This document shows positions 62,881 through 64,000 of a DNA stretch of 64,000 nucleotides, piece by piece. The translations under genes and the position numbers were made by a program. The DNA is taken from the NCBI GenBank assembly GCA_964252035.1, contig OZ176206.1; one strand, given 5' to 3'. The stretch's first letter is position 1. The number at the start of each line of letters is the position of its first letter. The notes below the pieces were generated by a model. The model was not told the origin of the DNA. It saw nothing but the letters and a program-made list of their open reading frames with translations, and made no database searches. This stretch comes from Podarcis erhardii (taxonomy: Eukaryota).

Positions 62881-63492
62881 AAAAAAATGTTTTATTATGT
62901 TTTTATATATGTTGGATGCTGCCCAGAGTGGCTAGGGCAACCCAGTAAGGTGTGTGGGGTATAAATAGTAAAATTATCATTATGGAATGGGACGTCCCTA
63001 TTTTCATGGGAGAAATGTTGGAGGGCATGAACTTAACCATTACAGAAATAAGATGGGTCTTAAAAATATACATCTCTAGTGTTAAAAGCCAGGGCAAAGA
63101 CATGTTTATTCATGTATTTATTGCATTTCTATCCCACCTTTTTCTCCAAGGAACTCAATGTGGTTCCCCTCCCCCCTTCGACTAATCCCCACAACCACCC
63201 TTTGAGGTAGGCTTTGGCTGAGAGGCAGTTGCTGGCCCCAGGTCACTCAGTGAGCTTCATAGCTGAGTGGAGAGTCAATTGATAATATCCCAGGTCCTAA
63301 TCCAACACTAGCTGCTACACCACACTGGCTCTCCTTGTGTTTTAGAAGATCACCTGTAATAGCCTGTGGTTCAATACATCTACATCTATAATGTTCACTA
63401 GTTTGGGCAAGATCTGATGTGAGGAGCCTGTCTTTATCTTTGTATGCTTCCTATATGATTTATAACCCCACATGTTCAGGGTTTTATGTTGT

Positions 63493-64000
63493 GTTCTGTT
63501 TCATTGACTACGCAAAAGCATTTGACTGTGTAGACCACAGCAAACTATGGCAAGTTCTTAAAGAAATGGGAGTGCCTGATCACCTCATCTGTCTCCTGAG
63601 AAATCTCTATGTGGGACAAGAAGCTACAGTTAGAACTGGATATGGAACAACTGATTGGTTCAAAATTGGGAAAGGAGTATGACAAGGCTGTATATTGTCT
63701 CCCTGCTTATTTAACTTATATGCAGAATTCATCATGCGAAAGGCTGGGCTGGATGAATCCCAAACTGGAATTAAGATTGCCAGAAGAAATATCAACAACC
63801 TCAGATATGCAGATGACAACCTTGATGGCAGAAAGTGAGGAGGAATTAAAGAACCTCTTAATGAGGGTGAAAGAAGAGAGTGCAAAATATGGTCTGAAGC
63901 TCAACATCAAAAAAACGAAGATCATGGCCACTGGTCCCATCAGCTCCTGGCAAATAGAAGGGGAAGAAATGGAGGCAGTGAGAGATTTTACTTTATTGGG
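63493..64000 (+). mobile_element. RTE-BovB LINE reverse-transcriptase fragment (inactivated, runs off window)
   Basis: FCFIDYAKAFDCVDHSKLWQVLKEMGVPDHLICLLRNLY..GKGV*QGCILSPCLFNLYAE..INNLRYADD (YADD at 63806-63817); stop at 63680-63682 and a frameshift just after YADD. Confidence 0.95.

Overview
Eukaryotic (vertebrate) genomic DNA. The repeat content (Sauria SINE, BovB, young L2/CR1, Tigger-like MITEs, Penelope) indicates a squamate reptile, most likely a lacertid lizard; the species assignment is inference. The only host gene is the 3' part of TOX3 (HMG-box transcription factor) on the + strand: five coding exons (2435-2692, 17027-17296, 19332-19559, 20789-20869, 23063-23821; equivalent to mammalian exons 3-7), all GT-AG and all phase 0, plus a ~1.2 kb 3'UTR ending near AATAAA 25010-25015. 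Exons 1-2 lie upstream of the window. The remaining ~39 kb is gene-free: transposon-rich stretches alternate with repeat-free, motif-dense blocks that look like enhancers/conserved non-coding elements. No prokaryotic system, CRISPR array, rRNA or genuine tRNA gene is present. The best leads are: an E-box/NF-kB/CpG-retaining enhancer candidate (34.2-35.05 kb); a solo LTR with a perfect 5-bp TSD that is almost filled by an ORF (58938-59505); an out-of-frame competitor splice acceptor at TOX3 exon 5; an inverted Penelope GIY-YIG insertion beside a gap; a MITE carrying twin NRF1 sites in intron 3; and a CPE/Pumilio/alternative-polyadenylation code in the 3'UTR. Repeat family names and orthologue comparisons come from recognition, not database searches, and repeat boundaries without TSDs are approximate.
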